Origin: the human T2T-CHM13v2.0 reference genome, Homo sapiens
Length of the DNA stretch: 64,000 bases
Assembly: GCF_009914755.1 (NCBI RefSeq)
Contig: NC_060946.1
Strand: one strand, 5' to 3'
The notes under the pieces were generated by a model. That model did not search any database and was not told where the DNA came from. It worked only from the letters and a program-made list of their open reading frames with translations. Below are positions 12,355 to 32,134 of the stretch, in pieces. The position numbers and the translations under genes are program-made. How positions within the stretch are numbered: the stretch's first letter is position 1; the number at the start of each line of letters is the position of its first letter.

Positions 12355-12745
12355 TCTTCCTCCCTCCCTTCCTTCCTTCCTTCCTTCCTTCCTTCCTTCC
12401 TTCCTTCCTTCCTTCCTTCTTCCCTCCCTCCCGCCCTCCCTTCTTTCCTTCCTTTTTCGTTTTTGAAATAGGGTCTCACTCTGTCACCCAAGCTGGAGTG
12501 CAGTGACACAATCATAGCTCACTGCTGCCTCGAACTCCTTGGCTAAAGCAATCCTCCCACCTTAGCCTCCTGAGGAGCTAGGACTACAGGCATGCACCAC
12601 CACACCCAATTAATTTAAAAAAATTTAATAGAGATGGGGTCTTGCCGTGTTCCAGGCTGGTCTTGAGCTCCTGGACTCAAGTGATCCTCCCACCTCAGCC
12701 TCCCAAAGAGCCAGGATTGTAGGCATGAGCCACCGTGTCCAGCCT
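12355..12745 (-). mobile_element. AluJ with (CCTT)n-expanded tail (12355-12455)
   Basis: Antisense Alu preceded by a ccttccttcc array. Confidence 0.85.
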
Positions 12746-13193
12746 CTTTATAAATAAAAGATCAGTGACACAGAAAATGGTTTGGTTAAAATACTTTATA
12801 TTTCTTCCTAAACTCTTCTTCCAAAGTAAAATAAATATATTTTCAGTTATAAGTAAATTTGCTGGAATGTTTTTCCACCTGCTGGGGCAAAGGTCCTCCC
12901 CTTCCACCCCTGCCTGCTGCCCCCGGTCCTGTCGAGGGGCAGATTTCCTCCCTCACAGGGCAGACAAGCCACATCGGGGCAGTGTCTGCCGCTGCTTCCG
13001 AACTCCCTGCTCACGGACTGGGAGCGGGGCCTCTGGCCCCTGAGTGAGCTGGGGCAACAGACTTCAGAATGTCGCAGCCCGAGGGAGAGTCACCTGGAGA
13101 GCCACTGGGGAGACGCTGATGTGGGCTGATGCTGGATGATGGAAAACACTGTGTTTCGTGTTTTTTATTTTGTCAGGTGTGATGACAGTATAA

Positions 13194-13585
<392 letters not shown>

Positions 13586-13745
13586 TAGACAAAGAAAACA
13601 GGAGAGACAAAGCAGATAAAACAAAATGTTGATAATTTTAAATCTAGCTGATGGGTATATGGGGGTTCCATTTAATATTTTCTCTCCTACTCATATACGT
13701 GTGTTTGTGTGTATGTGTGTGTATGCCTTTCAAAATTCTCATTGA

Positions 13746-14133
<388 letters not shown>

Positions 14134-15334
14134 CACTAACTCACTTCTAAATGATCTTGTTCTCTTTGAACAGAAATAAAGGATATTATGATCTTACCAC
14201 TTTATAAATTAGAATGATGAAATTGAGAAAAACTAGAGATGACTAAGATGAAGACAGACATGAAATCGTGCCAAAAAGTGCCCATGCTGTATCCAGCAGC
14301 TGCTGCAGCCACAGAAATGCTCGAGTTGTCAGCGAGGGTACTCACTGCTTGATCATCTAGCATTGCCAGATACTGTAAACCGCCGCACACCTATCAGCAG
14401 GGCACTGGCTACATCACACAGATTGCTGTGCCATGGTTTAAGGTCACATTGCAGCAGAGCAGGAAGCATGTGGCTGGGAGTGGCACGGGGCCAGCTTTCA
14501 GGATGTATGGTCTGGACTGAGCTGCAGTCCTTGGGGCCTGGACAGCTGCTCTGGCCCTGAGCCCTCCTCCCCTCCCTGTGGTCTCTCCCTTTCCATCTCT
14601 CTCTGCTACATAGCCTCCCTTCCCTCTCTCTGCTCTATTCTCCTTCCCCCATCCCCTTTCCCCTCACCCCCAGGTCAATTTTCTTAGATATCTCCAGGCC
14701 CAAGTTTGGAGGTTCCCAATTAGGGTGCAGGCTGGCCCTCAGGTGCGTGGGGGTCCACCTTGTCCAGCCATGGCTGGCCCCAGTGCTACGTCACAATGTA
14801 GGGACTGAGAGTGGATGCGGTGGAGGTGGGCATTTACCACACTGTAAGGGATCAGTCAGTACAGACCAGGAGCAGGCCGAATAGTCAGTACCCGTGCAGT
14901 TCCGGAAAACCCACTCGTTTTGTGAAGAGCGTCTGCCAGCTCCTGCATCTGCTAGGGCCCTGCTGTGCCTCCTCCCCTCTCCTGCCCCCTGGGACTCCGC
15001 CTCCCTCCCCTGCTTTCTTTTCTCCTGGCGCTTGTCCCCATCCCACGCTCCACCGCGGGATATAGCAATGACTTATTTGTGTATTGAGGTCAGTAGATCT
15101 CCTCTCTATGAAGACAGGTCCCTCAGGGACAGGGCTGTCTGTGCTGGTGGCCGCAGCAGCCCAGCCCCTACAGCCTGCCCCACATGGTAGACAGGCAGCT
15201 ATTTGCTGAGTAAATGAAGGGGTCAGGGGATCGCTAATAATTTTCATTTTATGTTTTATGCTTTCCTTTTGGTTTCAACTGTTCTGTAAAGAAGACATTT
15301 TATACTAGAAAATAATATTGCTTTAAAATGTAAA

Positions 15335-16485
15335 TGTGCATGGAGCAACAGGAACTCTCTCATTCATTACTGGTGGGAATAGAAAGTGGTCCAGCTATTT
15401 TGGAAGACGGTTTGGCAGTTTTTTACAAAACAAAACATACTTTTACTATACAATCCAGCAATCACACTCCTTGGCATTGGCCCAGATGAATGGAAAACTT
15501 AAGTCCACACAAAAACCTGCGCATGGATGTTTATAGCAGCTTTATTTATAATTTTGTCAAAACTTGATAGCAACCAAGATGTTCTTCAGTGGGTGGGTGG
15601 ATAAATAAACTGTGGCACATCCAGACAACAGAATATTATTCAGTGCTAAAGAGAAATGAGCTATCAAGCCATGAAAAGCCTTGGAGGAAGCTTAAATGCA
15701 TATTACTAATTGGAAGACTCCAGTCTGAAAAGGCTACGTACTGTACAATGCCAACTCTATGACAGTCTGGAAACAGCAAAACCATGGAGACAGTAAAAAG
15801 ATCAGTGACCCCCCGCCAGGTTCAATGGCTCACTCCTGTAATCCCAACACTTTGAGAGGCCGAGGCAGGTGGATTGCTTGAGCCCAGGAGTTCAAGACCA
15901 GCCTGGACAACATGGTAAAACCCTATCTTCTCTACTAAAAACACAAAAATTAGCCTGGCGTGGTGGGGGGTGCCTGTAATCCCAGCTACTCTGCAGGCTG
16001 AGGCACGACAATTGCTTGAACCCAGGAGGTGGAGGTTGCAGTGAGCCGAGATCATGCCACTGCGCTCTAGCCTGGGCGACAGAGCGAGACTCTGTCTAGA
16101 AAAAAAAAAAATCAGTGGCTCTCATAAAAACATCAGTGGCTCCCAGGGGTTGTAGAAGGGAGGTGAACATGTGGAGCAGGAAGGGCTTTCCGGGCAGTGA
16201 AACCGCTCTGTATGATTCTATAATGGCGGACACGTCATTATGCATTTGTCCGAATTCTCACGAAGTGCAGCATCCGGAATGAACCCTAGTGTGCACTGTG
16301 GACTCTGGGGGATAGGCTGTGTTTACCTAGGTTCATGGACTTAACAAGTGCACCCCTCTGTGGGGTGCTGACGGGGGAGGCTGTGCCTGTTGGAGCGGAA
16401 CATATGGCACATCTCTGTAACTTCTGCTCAGTTTTGCTATGAACCTAAAACACCTCTAAAAGCTAAAGTCTATTAAAACATTTTA
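15335..16485 (+). mobile_element. L1MC-type 3' end interrupted by an Alu (15815-16110)
   Basis: ggagcaacaggaactctctcattcatt, cttaaatgcatattacta, ctgctcagttttgctatgaacctaaaa: L1MC1-like 3' UTR. Confidence 0.85.
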
Positions 16486-18039
16486 AAAAGTAGATTTCAG
16501 GCTCAGTGAGGTGGGAGAGGGCGGTGGGGGTGTTCCCAGGCACAGAGGGAGCAGGCACACCCTGCCCTCGCACCCTGGGAGAAGCTGGGCTGGCTGAACT
16601 TGGGGAGGCCTGGCCCTGGGACCTGCAGGTAGCCTCTGGAATGCGGACGTGCAGGCTGACCCTGATGGTCCTGTGAATGCCAACCAACCTGCCACTCCTG
16701 GGCTCCCTGGCACAGTCACCACAAGTGTCACCCCAGGTCACTCGCAGATGCACCCTTATCTCCAGACCAGCTGGAGACCTGGCCTGAAGCTGAGGGTTGG
16801 CGGCAGGAGAATGGCCCAGGCAAAAGTTCTCCTCCTAAAGTTGCTTTGGAAGGAGGGCCGGGGAGGGCCCTCCCGGACCCTGGAAGCATGAAGACCTCCC
16901 CACTGGAGTGAAGACAGGGAGAGAGCCAGGCGTGGCAGGCACAGCCAGGGTGCGCACAGAGGATGGCTGCCCGGGGCTTAGCATCTGCTCACCTCATGAG
17001 GTTGGCACTGCTGCCTAGACAACCCATGTAATACCCCAGGCCTCACCATTTTGGATTGAGAGATGAGCTCAGCGTCCCCTCACAGGGCTCTGGAGGGTTT
17101 AGCAAAAGGCTGCGGTGAAAGTCACCCGGTCCACGGCTGTCTCTGCCACCTGGGACTCTCTGCTTCCTTTGCCTGTGACTCTGCAGCCACTTGGCCCGGC
17201 CCCCAGTGCTGGGCACCCCTCTAGATGAGCGATTTGCCTTCCTCTCCGGGTACAGATGATGAAGGGGCCTCTCCCGGTGTCCTGGGTATTTCTGGCAACC
17301 AAATGGCCCCTGCCCAGGCAAGAGTCCCGCTAGGAATCAGCACAGCCTGCTTGGGCTGAGTTCGTGGGTGGAGGGCATGAGCTTCCGAGAAGCCCCTGCA
17401 GGCGCCAAGCTGGGGGGCCACCAAGCCCGTTTTCCGCCGTGGCTGCCTGGGTGCAGCGGCAATGCCTGTGGCGTGGGCTGCTGGCCTGGCCTGTGGGGCA
17501 GCTGCAAGTTTCCCTTTTAATGGAAATCTCTCTCTTGCAGCCATACATTGTGTTTGACTCGAGTGTGTTTTTCTTGGCTTTAAGAAACAGGATTAGTTGC
17601 ACTCTTTGTAATTTTTGGTATTAAAGGTATTTTTAACAAATGCAGTCTGTATCGTGGGAACATCCTGAAGTTCCTGGAATGTCTGTAGTCTAAAGTCAAG
17701 CCTGTTCCCACCCCTGGCCTTCCTCTTTAAAGGCTTGATGTTGTTCGATGGGATGTCTATTTTTGTTCATTTAGGTTTCAAATTAAAGCGTGACTAGCAC
17801 TGGGAAATTGGCATTCCCCTGCAGTCAGCTCTTCTTCCTCCAGCCCCAGATGTGGGACGGTAGAGCAGAGGGGCAAAAGGATCGGACGGCACTGGGTGCT
17901 CTAGGCAGGGACAGCTGAGGGGCCAATGCCCTGCCCCTCCCAGCCAGAGGAGGATGCCCCCATCTGTTCACTGCACCCTCCAGTGGGAAACGAGCAAAAC
18001 AAGAGGCAATGCATTTGCAGTCACTACAGTAGGAAGAGG

Positions 18040-19387
18040 TATTCGCTTTCCACCAGTAAGTGACAAATCACTCATAAGGGAGTGCTGGGAAGGGAAGAGC
18101 ATGATCCCTTTAAATGATACCAAGTGGGGAAAGGAAGTGCTGGGTAGAGGAGGTCGTGGTCCCTGGCTAGGGCTCCACCCCCACGGACCTAGGTGAGGAC
18201 AGGCATTTTTGTTTGCCTGCCCAAATGTTGCATTTCCCAAGACCACCCTGGCCTGCCATGCCCCTGTCCTGTGCCTGTAAAATCCCCTGACATTCTAACA
18301 GGCAGACACACAACAGGCTGGATGTGGAGAGAAGCGGATCGGCGGAAGAAGACACAAGCGGCTGGACGTCAAGGGGAGCACGCTGGCGGAAGAGCACAGC
18401 GACAGAAGAGCACACTGACAGACGTCGGCAGGCCACCCACCCTGGCAGAATGACACAGGGTTTGGCTAGGGCAGTCAGAAGAGAGCCTGGGCCGCTGAGC
18501 GCCCGACTCCAGGGGAAAACCATCTCTTGTCTGGCTCCCCCATCTACTGAGAGCTACTTCCACTCAATAAAACCTTGCACCCATTCTCCAAGTCCAGGCG
18601 TGATCTGATTCTTCTGGTACACCAAGGCAAGAACCCAGATACAGAAAGCCCTTTGGCCTTACAACAAGGTAGACGGTCTAATTGAGCTGGTTAACACAAG
18701 CTGCCGATAGAGCACCCTGTAACACATGCCCACTGGGGCTTCAAAAACTGTAAACATTCACCCCTAGACACTGCTGTGGGGTCGGAGCCCCACAGCCTGC
18801 CTGTCTGTATGCTCCCCTCGAGGTCTGAGCAGTGGGGCACTGAAGAAGCGAGCTACACCCCCATCGCACGCCCTGCGAGGGGATCAAAGAAACTCTTCCC
18901 ATTTCATCACCACCAACAGCAGCTTGAGATGACACCCATTTGCAGCCTCACAGTTCCACGAGGCAGGAACTTGAATGTGGCTTAGCTGGATGCTCTGCTT
19001 CTGGGTGTCTCCCGAGGCTGCAGTCAAGGTGTCTGCCAGGGCGGTGGTCTCATCCAAGGCTTTGCTGGGTGGGGCTGCCCATCCAAGCTCACTCATGTGC
19101 TCTTTGGCAGGACCCAGTTTCTCTGGCTGCTGGACCAAGGCCCCAGCTCTCGGCTGTCTCTCGGCTGGAGGCCGACTTTTGTTCCTTGCTGCATAAGCCT
19201 TCCATAGTGGCAGCTTCCTGCACCAAAGCCAGCAAGGGTAAGATTCTAGTCTTTTGTAGTCTAATCACAGTGTGACATCCTCAATGTCGCTGCGTTCTGT
19301 TAGAAGGAAGTTACTCAAGGGGTGAATACAAGACCATGCCTTCCATGAGGCAGGATCGTGGGGCCACCTCAGACACTGTCTGCCACA
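18040..19387 (-). mobile_element. MaLR LTR (MLT1E/F-like) split by LTR1
   Basis: ggcttagctgg...gctgcagtcaaggtgtctgccaggg...ccaagctcactca, ending tctgccaca. Confidence 0.75.
18072..18906 (+). mobile_element. Solo ERV1 LTR of the LTR1 family
   Basis: gtgctgggaagggaagagc..ccctttaaatgatac..gtccctggctagggctccacccc; AATAAA near 18566; ends cccatttCA; 4-bp TSD TCAC at 18068-18071 and 18907-18910. Confidence 0.88.
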
Positions 19388-19590
19388 GAAGCGTGTAGAA
19401 ACGATCCACCCCTTGCTCATATGTGCATTCACCAGAAGGTGCTTTGGCCCCTGGTCCAGAGCGGGAGCACCAGGGTGAGGCTCTGACCCCCTGCAATCCT
19501 TTCAACTCTCCCATCCCTCCATCTCCTCCTCTTTAGAACGGGGGTGATGGAATCCACTGTGCAGTTTTGTAATGTTTTTAAATTAGAGGT

Positions 19591-20010
19591 TGTATTGGGC
19601 CATTCTTGCATTGTTACAAAGAAATACCTGAAACTGGATAATTTATAAAGAAAAAAGCTTTACTTGGCTCACGGTTCTGCAGGCTGTACGGGAAGCATAG
19701 CAGCATCTGCCTTTGAGGAGGCCTCAAGAAAACTTCCAGTCTTTGTGGAAGGTGAACGGGCCGCAGGCACAGCGCATGGTGAAAGCAGGAGCTGCGGTCG
19801 CGGGGGCGGGGGATGCCACACACTTGAAAATGACCAGATCCATAAGAACCCGCTCACTATTGCCAGGACAGCACCAAGAGCATAGTGCTAAACTATTCAT
19901 GAGAAAACCACCCCCATGAGCCAATCACCTCCCACCAGACCTCACCTCCAACACTAGGGATTACATTTCAACATGAGATCTGGGGAGAGCCACACATCCA
20001 AACTATATCA
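19591..20010 (-). mobile_element. MST-family MaLR LTR (MSTB-like)
   Basis: tgtattgggccattcttgcattg...ggctcacggttctgcaggctgtac...ccaaactatatca. Confidence 0.88.
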
Positions 20011-20114
20011 GATGGGATGAGAAATAATGAAGAGCTGGCCTTGGCATTTTGCTCATAGTGGGAACCCAGAAATCCTTGAATGAATGAATGAGTTTCCTGT
20101 TGACACAATATAAG

Positions 20115-20460
20115 TGCTATGATACAAATGTATGTGTCCCTCCCAAAGTTCACATGCTGAAACATAACCCCAAGTTGATGCTATTAAGAGGTTGGGCCTA
20201 TGGAAGTTGATGGCCATGGGGGCAGAGTGTCCTTATAAAAGACGCTCCAGAGAGCTTGTTCAGCCCTTCTGCCATGTGAGGATGCAGCCAATAAGGCTGC
20301 TTGGAGGCAGAGAGCAAGCAAGACTCACCAGATACAAAACCTGCCAGTGTCTTGATCTTGGACTTTTCAGCCACCAGAACCATAAGCAAAAAACTTCTGT
20401 TGTTTATAAACTATCCAGTCTCAGGTATTTTGTTTTATTAGCAGCTGGACAGCCCAAGGC
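20115..20460 (+). mobile_element. MaLR LTR (MSTD/MLT1A-like)
   Basis: tgctatga..aatgtatgtgtccctcccaaagttcacatgctgaaac...ttgatcttggacttttcagcc. Confidence 0.8.
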
Positions 20461-20715
20461 AGGGACAAAGCCCCATTTGGAGACTTTGGCAGCAAGAAAT
20501 ACATGAGAATTCCTTCAGAATATGTGGATTCCTGGGGAAGTGAAACCCAGCTCAGCCCCTAGGGAGTGCGGAAGGTCAGGCCTCTAGCTTGGACTTGGCC
20601 CTTTGTTCTAGAGAATTAGACACTCAACAAAGCTCCGCGGTGCTCACAGCTGAGGCTGGAGAAGGGACAACCCAGATGAGGAAGGAACAACATATTTTTT
20701 TTTCTGGCTTCTACT

Positions 20716-21015
20716 TTATTTTATTTTGAGACACAGTCTCACTCTGTCACCCACGCTGGAGTGCAGTGGTGTGATCTTAGCTCACTATAGCCTCTCTCTG
20801 CCTCCCAGGCTCAAGCAATCCTCCTGCTTCAGCCTCCCAAGTAGCTGGGACTACAGGCCAGTGCCACTACATCTGGCTAATTTTTAAACATTCTTTATGG
20901 AGATGGGGTTTCACCATGATGCCCGGGCTGGTCTCAAACTCCTGAACTCAAGTGATCCACCTGCCTCAGCCTCCCAAAGTGCTGTGATTAACAGGTGTGA
21001 GCCACTGCACCTGGC
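20716..21015 (-). mobile_element. AluJ
   Basis: Antisense dimer. Confidence 0.85.
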
Positions 21016-21368
21016 CTCTGTCTTCTATTTTAAAAAAGAAACTTTTATGTGGTTATAAAAGTGATGCTGGCTAGCAGGAAGACCCTAATGGAGAGGCTAG
21101 AAAGGAATGCAATCCCACTGCCCAGAGAGGCCGGCCTGGCTGTGCCAGAATCATAGAGTGGGGGTACACTTTCACCTGGCACAGCCAAGCCCACTCAGAC
21201 CTGCCCAGTCAGAGCTGGGGCAGAGCTGGGCAGGAGGAGGTTGGAGACACCCCCTGAGTGATTCTGACAACCTCCTGGTTGCAAAGTGCCCTCTATGCAG
21301 CATCTCCCGTGGGTGAGGTCAGGCTCTTGGAGCAGTTTTCTTTGTCTGCTTTTCCCCATGCAGCATTA

Positions 21369-25403
<4,035 letters not shown>

Positions 25404-26030
25404 TCCAGCCCCCTTGTTCTTTCTGTTGGATCATCTGACAGGACATCAGCTTTGTGGCAGCATTCCAAAACGTGGATATGCACTTGGCTACTGCAACACA
25501 GATAAATACTAAGACAAGAGTTTTTATTCACAAGTGAAACATATCTCCTATGTTCTGTGTTCTATTAGGAGCTTTCTCGGATGACCAAGTGGTTTCTTCC
25601 CTTTGATCTGGATGAGATTTGTTCAACTTTGCCAGAGTTTGAAGAATTAGTTCTGTATCTGGTGATTGTCAAGAGTTAGGGTCTTGGAAGCACCAACAAT
25701 GGGGGTGTCCACTGGCAATGGAGTCCCTGAATCCGCAGAGAGGGAAAACAGCCAGGAAAATAAAAACCAGGGACATGCCTCATGCAGAGAAGCCCCAGCA
25801 GTGGGCAGAAGCGTTCTAGTCCGCTGATCTCTGCTCGTGGACCCCTCGGTCCTGGAAACCCTGACCCGCACGAGGTCCATGGTGGTGGCATTGGCACTGC
25901 CCCTAATTGAATTCCCTGTAGTACCAGTAGCCACCAGAGCCTGGGACAGTCCTTGACTGAGGTTCTTTAGATGTTTCATCCACACGGCTCAGTTCCCGAG
26001 CTTTGTGGATAGCAGGAGCCTTGGGGAGAA
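25404..26030 (-). pseudogene. Decayed ERV internal segment with env transmembrane-subunit-like remnant
   Basis: Minus-strand peptides SGKVEQ(fs)LIQIKG then hydrophobic IKTLVLVFICVAVAKCISTFWN, directly upstream of the PPT and LTR. Confidence 0.5.
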
Positions 26031-26036
26031 TGTAAA

Positions 26037-26165
26037 TAAATGTTCTGTAAATGTCAGTTCGGCCCGTCAGGTCTAGAGTGTAGTCTAACTTTGATGCTGC
26101 TTTGCTCATTTTCTGTCTGGATGATCTGTCCATTAATAAGAGTGGTATGTTGAAGTCCCCTACAA
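26037..26165 (-). mobile_element. L1 endonuclease-region fragment
   Basis: MDRSSRQKMSKAASKLDYTLDLTGRTDIYRTF resembles the L1 ORF2 EN domain. Confidence 0.8.
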
Positions 26166-26245
26166 AACTCTAATAGGTAGTAAGAATAAGTGTTTTTTTT
26201 CTGGATTTAGGAAAGACAAAGTCAAAGAATTGTCAGAGAACTTAA

Positions 26246-26625
<380 letters not shown>

Positions 26626-27298
26626 AGACTTCATTTTCTTTGCAGTGATTTTAGGATAAGTTAAGGGTGGAGCCAGAATAAACCCAGCTGTATTAAACCC
26701 TGAAATTCCAATCCTTTCCTCTAATAGCTTTAACACAATGTTTTTACTTTTAGAAATGAGATCTCACTCTATCACCCAGGCTGGAGTGCAGTGGCATGAT
26801 ATAGCTCACTGCAGCCTTGAACTCCTGGGCTTAAGCAATCCTCCTGCCTCAGCCTCCTGACTAGCTGAGTAGGCACACGCCACGACGTCTTAGTTTTAAT
26901 CTTGTGCTGTGTAAGTAGAGCTCTTTAATCAGACTGCAATGTATTTTTCTGTGGGATATATGATCCAAACCTTTGTTTCTTCCAAATAGATAGCCAGCTG
27001 TTGCAATTTTAGACTGGTGTGACCATTTTTCTGTTCATAAGAACACTTTAGAGAATATCAAGCATGTGTATCTTTCTGTTCACTTACGCTCATTTTCTGG
27101 AGTTAAATTTCCTGAACTGGAATTACTGGGTCAAAGGTATGAGCCTTTTGAGGTTCCTGGTGCATGTTACCAATTGTTTTCCATAAAGGTTGCACCCACA
27201 GGCAGAAGCATCCATCCTTGGATATTCTAATTGTAAAAGATATGCTTTTCTAGTGTGGATAAGCAAAGTAGCTTAACATTGCTTCAATTTACTCATCT

Positions 27299-27605
<307 letters not shown>

Positions 27606-27634
27606 AATGTACACATCTTTAAAAATTAGTGAGA

Positions 27635-28950
<1,316 letters not shown>

Positions 28951-28992
28951 GGACAGTCTTTGTGTGTGTGTGTGTGTGTGTGTTTGTGTGTA

Positions 28993-29538
28993 GGCCGGGC
29001 ACGGTGGCTCGTGCCTGTAATCCTAGCACTTTAGGAGGCCGAGGCAGGTGGACTGCCTGAGCTCAGGAGTTTGAAACCAGCCTGGCCAATATGGAGAAAC
29101 CCCAACTCTACTAAAAGTACAAAAAATTAGCCAGGTGTGGTGGTATGTGCCTATAATCCCAGCTACTCGGAAAGCTGAGACACGATAATCACTTGAACCT
29201 GGGAGGTGGAGGTTGCAGTGAGCAGAAATTGTGCCACTGAACTCCAGCCTGGGAGACAGAGTGAGACTCTGTCTCAAAAAAAAAAAAGACTCACCCTGAT
29301 CACAGCTCAGTGCAGCCTCAACCTGCTGGAGCAATCCTCTCACCTCAGCCTCCCGAGCAACTGGGACTACAGCTGTGGGCCACCATGACTGGCTAATTTT
29401 TAATTATTATTATTATTTTTTGAGATGAGATCTCCCTATGTTGCTCAGGCTGGTCTTGGACTCCTGGACTCAAGTGGTCCTCCTGCCTTGGCCTTCCAAA
29501 GTGCAGAGATTATAGGCATGAGCCACTGTACTCGGCCT
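28993..29538. mobile_element. Abutting tail-to-tail Alus (+ 28993-29288; - 29290-29538), preceded by (TG)n at 28961-28990
   Basis: Sense Alu poly(A) runs directly into an antisense AluJ. Confidence 0.85.
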
Positions 29539-29936
29539 GTCATGTATATTTTATCACAATAAAAAAATCTGTGAGAGGACCATTTCTTCCAATGTTGATT
29601 GGCCAATCCTATTTTTGTGTGTGTGAGTTTTTTCTTCATTTTCTGAGCCCACTTATGTCCGAGCTCTGAGTCCCAGGAGGCCAGTGGAGGAGGGAAGAAG
29701 AGGACTCGGCCTGAGGGTGACATGAGACTTGAAGAGGCTCCTGGTGGCATAGGGGAGGGGACAGCCCAGGGGAGGCAGTTCCGTAGGCCTGGCAGTATGA
29801 ACCCCAGGCTGAGGCAGGTGCTAAAGAAGAGGCCATCTCCTCGAGGCCCTGACCCTGGAAGGCATTTGCTGAACACCCAGTGCCTGGTGACATTTGGGGT
29901 CCTGAGCCCAGCCAGCCTCCGAGGATCAGCCCTGCC

Positions 29937-30285
29937 TGTTATGCGCGGAATGTTTGCATCCCTCCAACATTCGTTGTTGAAATTCTAACCCCTAGGGGGG
30001 TGGTACTAGAAAGTGGGGCCCTTGGGAGGTGAAGAGGTCGTGAGGGTGGAGTCCTCATGAATGGGAGTAGTCCCCTCATCAGAGGGGCCCGGAGAGCTCT
30101 CTGCCCTCTGCCACGTGAGGATTAAACATGAAGTAAAAAATCTGCAGCTGGAAGCGGCTCCCACCAGAACCCAACAAAGCTGCGTCTTGGTCTCAGATTT
30201 CCAGCCTGCAGAGCTGTGAAGAATACAGTTCTGTGTTTAAGCCACTCAGTTTACAGTATTTTTTAATAGCAGTCCAATCTAACAA
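29937..30285 (+). mobile_element. MLT1A-like MaLR LTR
   Basis: tgttatgcgcggaatgtttgcatccctcc...gtggggcccttgggaggtga...gtttaagccactcagtttacagtatttt. Confidence 0.8.
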
Positions 30286-30616
30286 AGCCACCACCCCTGG
30301 CTGGGCCCCAGCTAGACAGAAAGCCTGTCAGGGCACTCTAGGGTTTAACTCCCCAAGCTCAGAGAGCGTGTTGGGGCCAGCTGGTGTCCCACACCTGGGC
30401 CACTTATCTGCAGGACAGGGTGATGGGGGCTCCCCCGTGTGTCGTGACCTCTGGGGGAGGTTTTCTAGAAAGTGCATACACTTGCTCTGTACGCATCTCC
30501 ACCCTGATCCAGGGTGCTCCCATCTCTGCCCCAAGCACCTGCTCCAGAGGACGCATGGTCCCACCGTCCAGGGTCAAGAACCCCGGACCAGGCCCTGGCC
30601 CGGTTCTGGTCAGGCT

Positions 30617-30635
30617 CGGCCACCAGGGGGCGGTG
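30617..30635 (+). promoter_or_regulatory. Predicted CTCF binding site (forward orientation)
   Basis: CGGCCACCAGGGGGCGGTG; the core matches CCASYAGRKGGCRS; lies in non-repeat sequence. Confidence 0.7.
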
Positions 30636-31787
30636 TGGGCTGCAGGAGGCTGCTGTCCCTGGAGCTTCCCAGTTCCAGACCAGGACCCCACCCCACTGGG
30701 TGGGCGTCTCCAAGGCCCTGGTGGATTCTGTAAGCTCGGACCCGTTAATAGAAGTGGTTCTCTATTGTCCCAGTCGCCTAAAATGCTGGGGACCTCTCAG
30801 GTGTCTGCTGATGGAAAGGCAGCCAGAGCCAGCCAAGGCAATTCCCAAGCCCACCGCTCAGCCTTGCAGAACTGACTGCACAAGGGTCACCCAGGGGAAA
30901 TGGTTTCTAAAAATACAGGGACTTCCACTTCCAGGAAAATTGAGTAGAAGTACTTTTCCCTGTTCCTCCCACTATGTACGGCTAAAAGCCTGGACACCAC
31001 ACAGAAAGCAAACATAAGCGGATTCTGAAAGGTGAAGAGAAGAGCAGAGATCCGTCAGGGACCTCAGGACCCAAGGATGACGGGGCGGGCAGCTCCATGT
31101 GGTTTCTTTTGGCCTCATATATCTCACTCCTGGAGCTGAAGAAGCCAGCAACCTGGAAACGCCAACAGACACAGACAAAATTACTCCAATGAAAGCTGCT
31201 GTGTCTAGCCAAAGGACCAGGAGGCAGCAGCCTCGCAAGGTCAAAACGTTTAGGCGATAACCTGTCTACTCCAGCCATCACCACCGAAACACCCTCGGCC
31301 ACTCCAGCAAAGGCTGAGCGGGAGCCTAGGCTCCCCACTTTGGGAAGCCGTGGCAAGGAACCCCAACATCTCCCCCTGTGGTGTCAGAGAGGCCAAGGAG
31401 GGAGCCGAGACCGCCGCACCCACCCCTGACCCATACCCCATTGTGGAACAGCCTGAGCTTCCACCCCATCTGCCAGTAATGCCGCCCTCTCCCCCTCCCT
31501 GCTGGGGGTGGGGGTTGGTGTCAGAGGAGGCAAAGCGAGGAGCCTGGCTCTTCACTACTACTCAGTGGTAACGAGGCCACCCCAATGGGCTGTCAGCAGA
31601 AACCACATGGGGAGCCAGACCCTGCCCAGAGTAAAGAGAAAAAGAGCTCCCTTGGGTATAAACGGAGATTGAGTGGGGAACCTGGACTTTTTTCCACCCT
31701 GCAGTAACAAGGGGCCAGAGCAGCGTCAAAAAAACAACAACAGCACAACACCACAATGTTTACAAAAGCAGCAATAGAAGACTTTGG

Positions 31788-32134
<347 letters not shown>

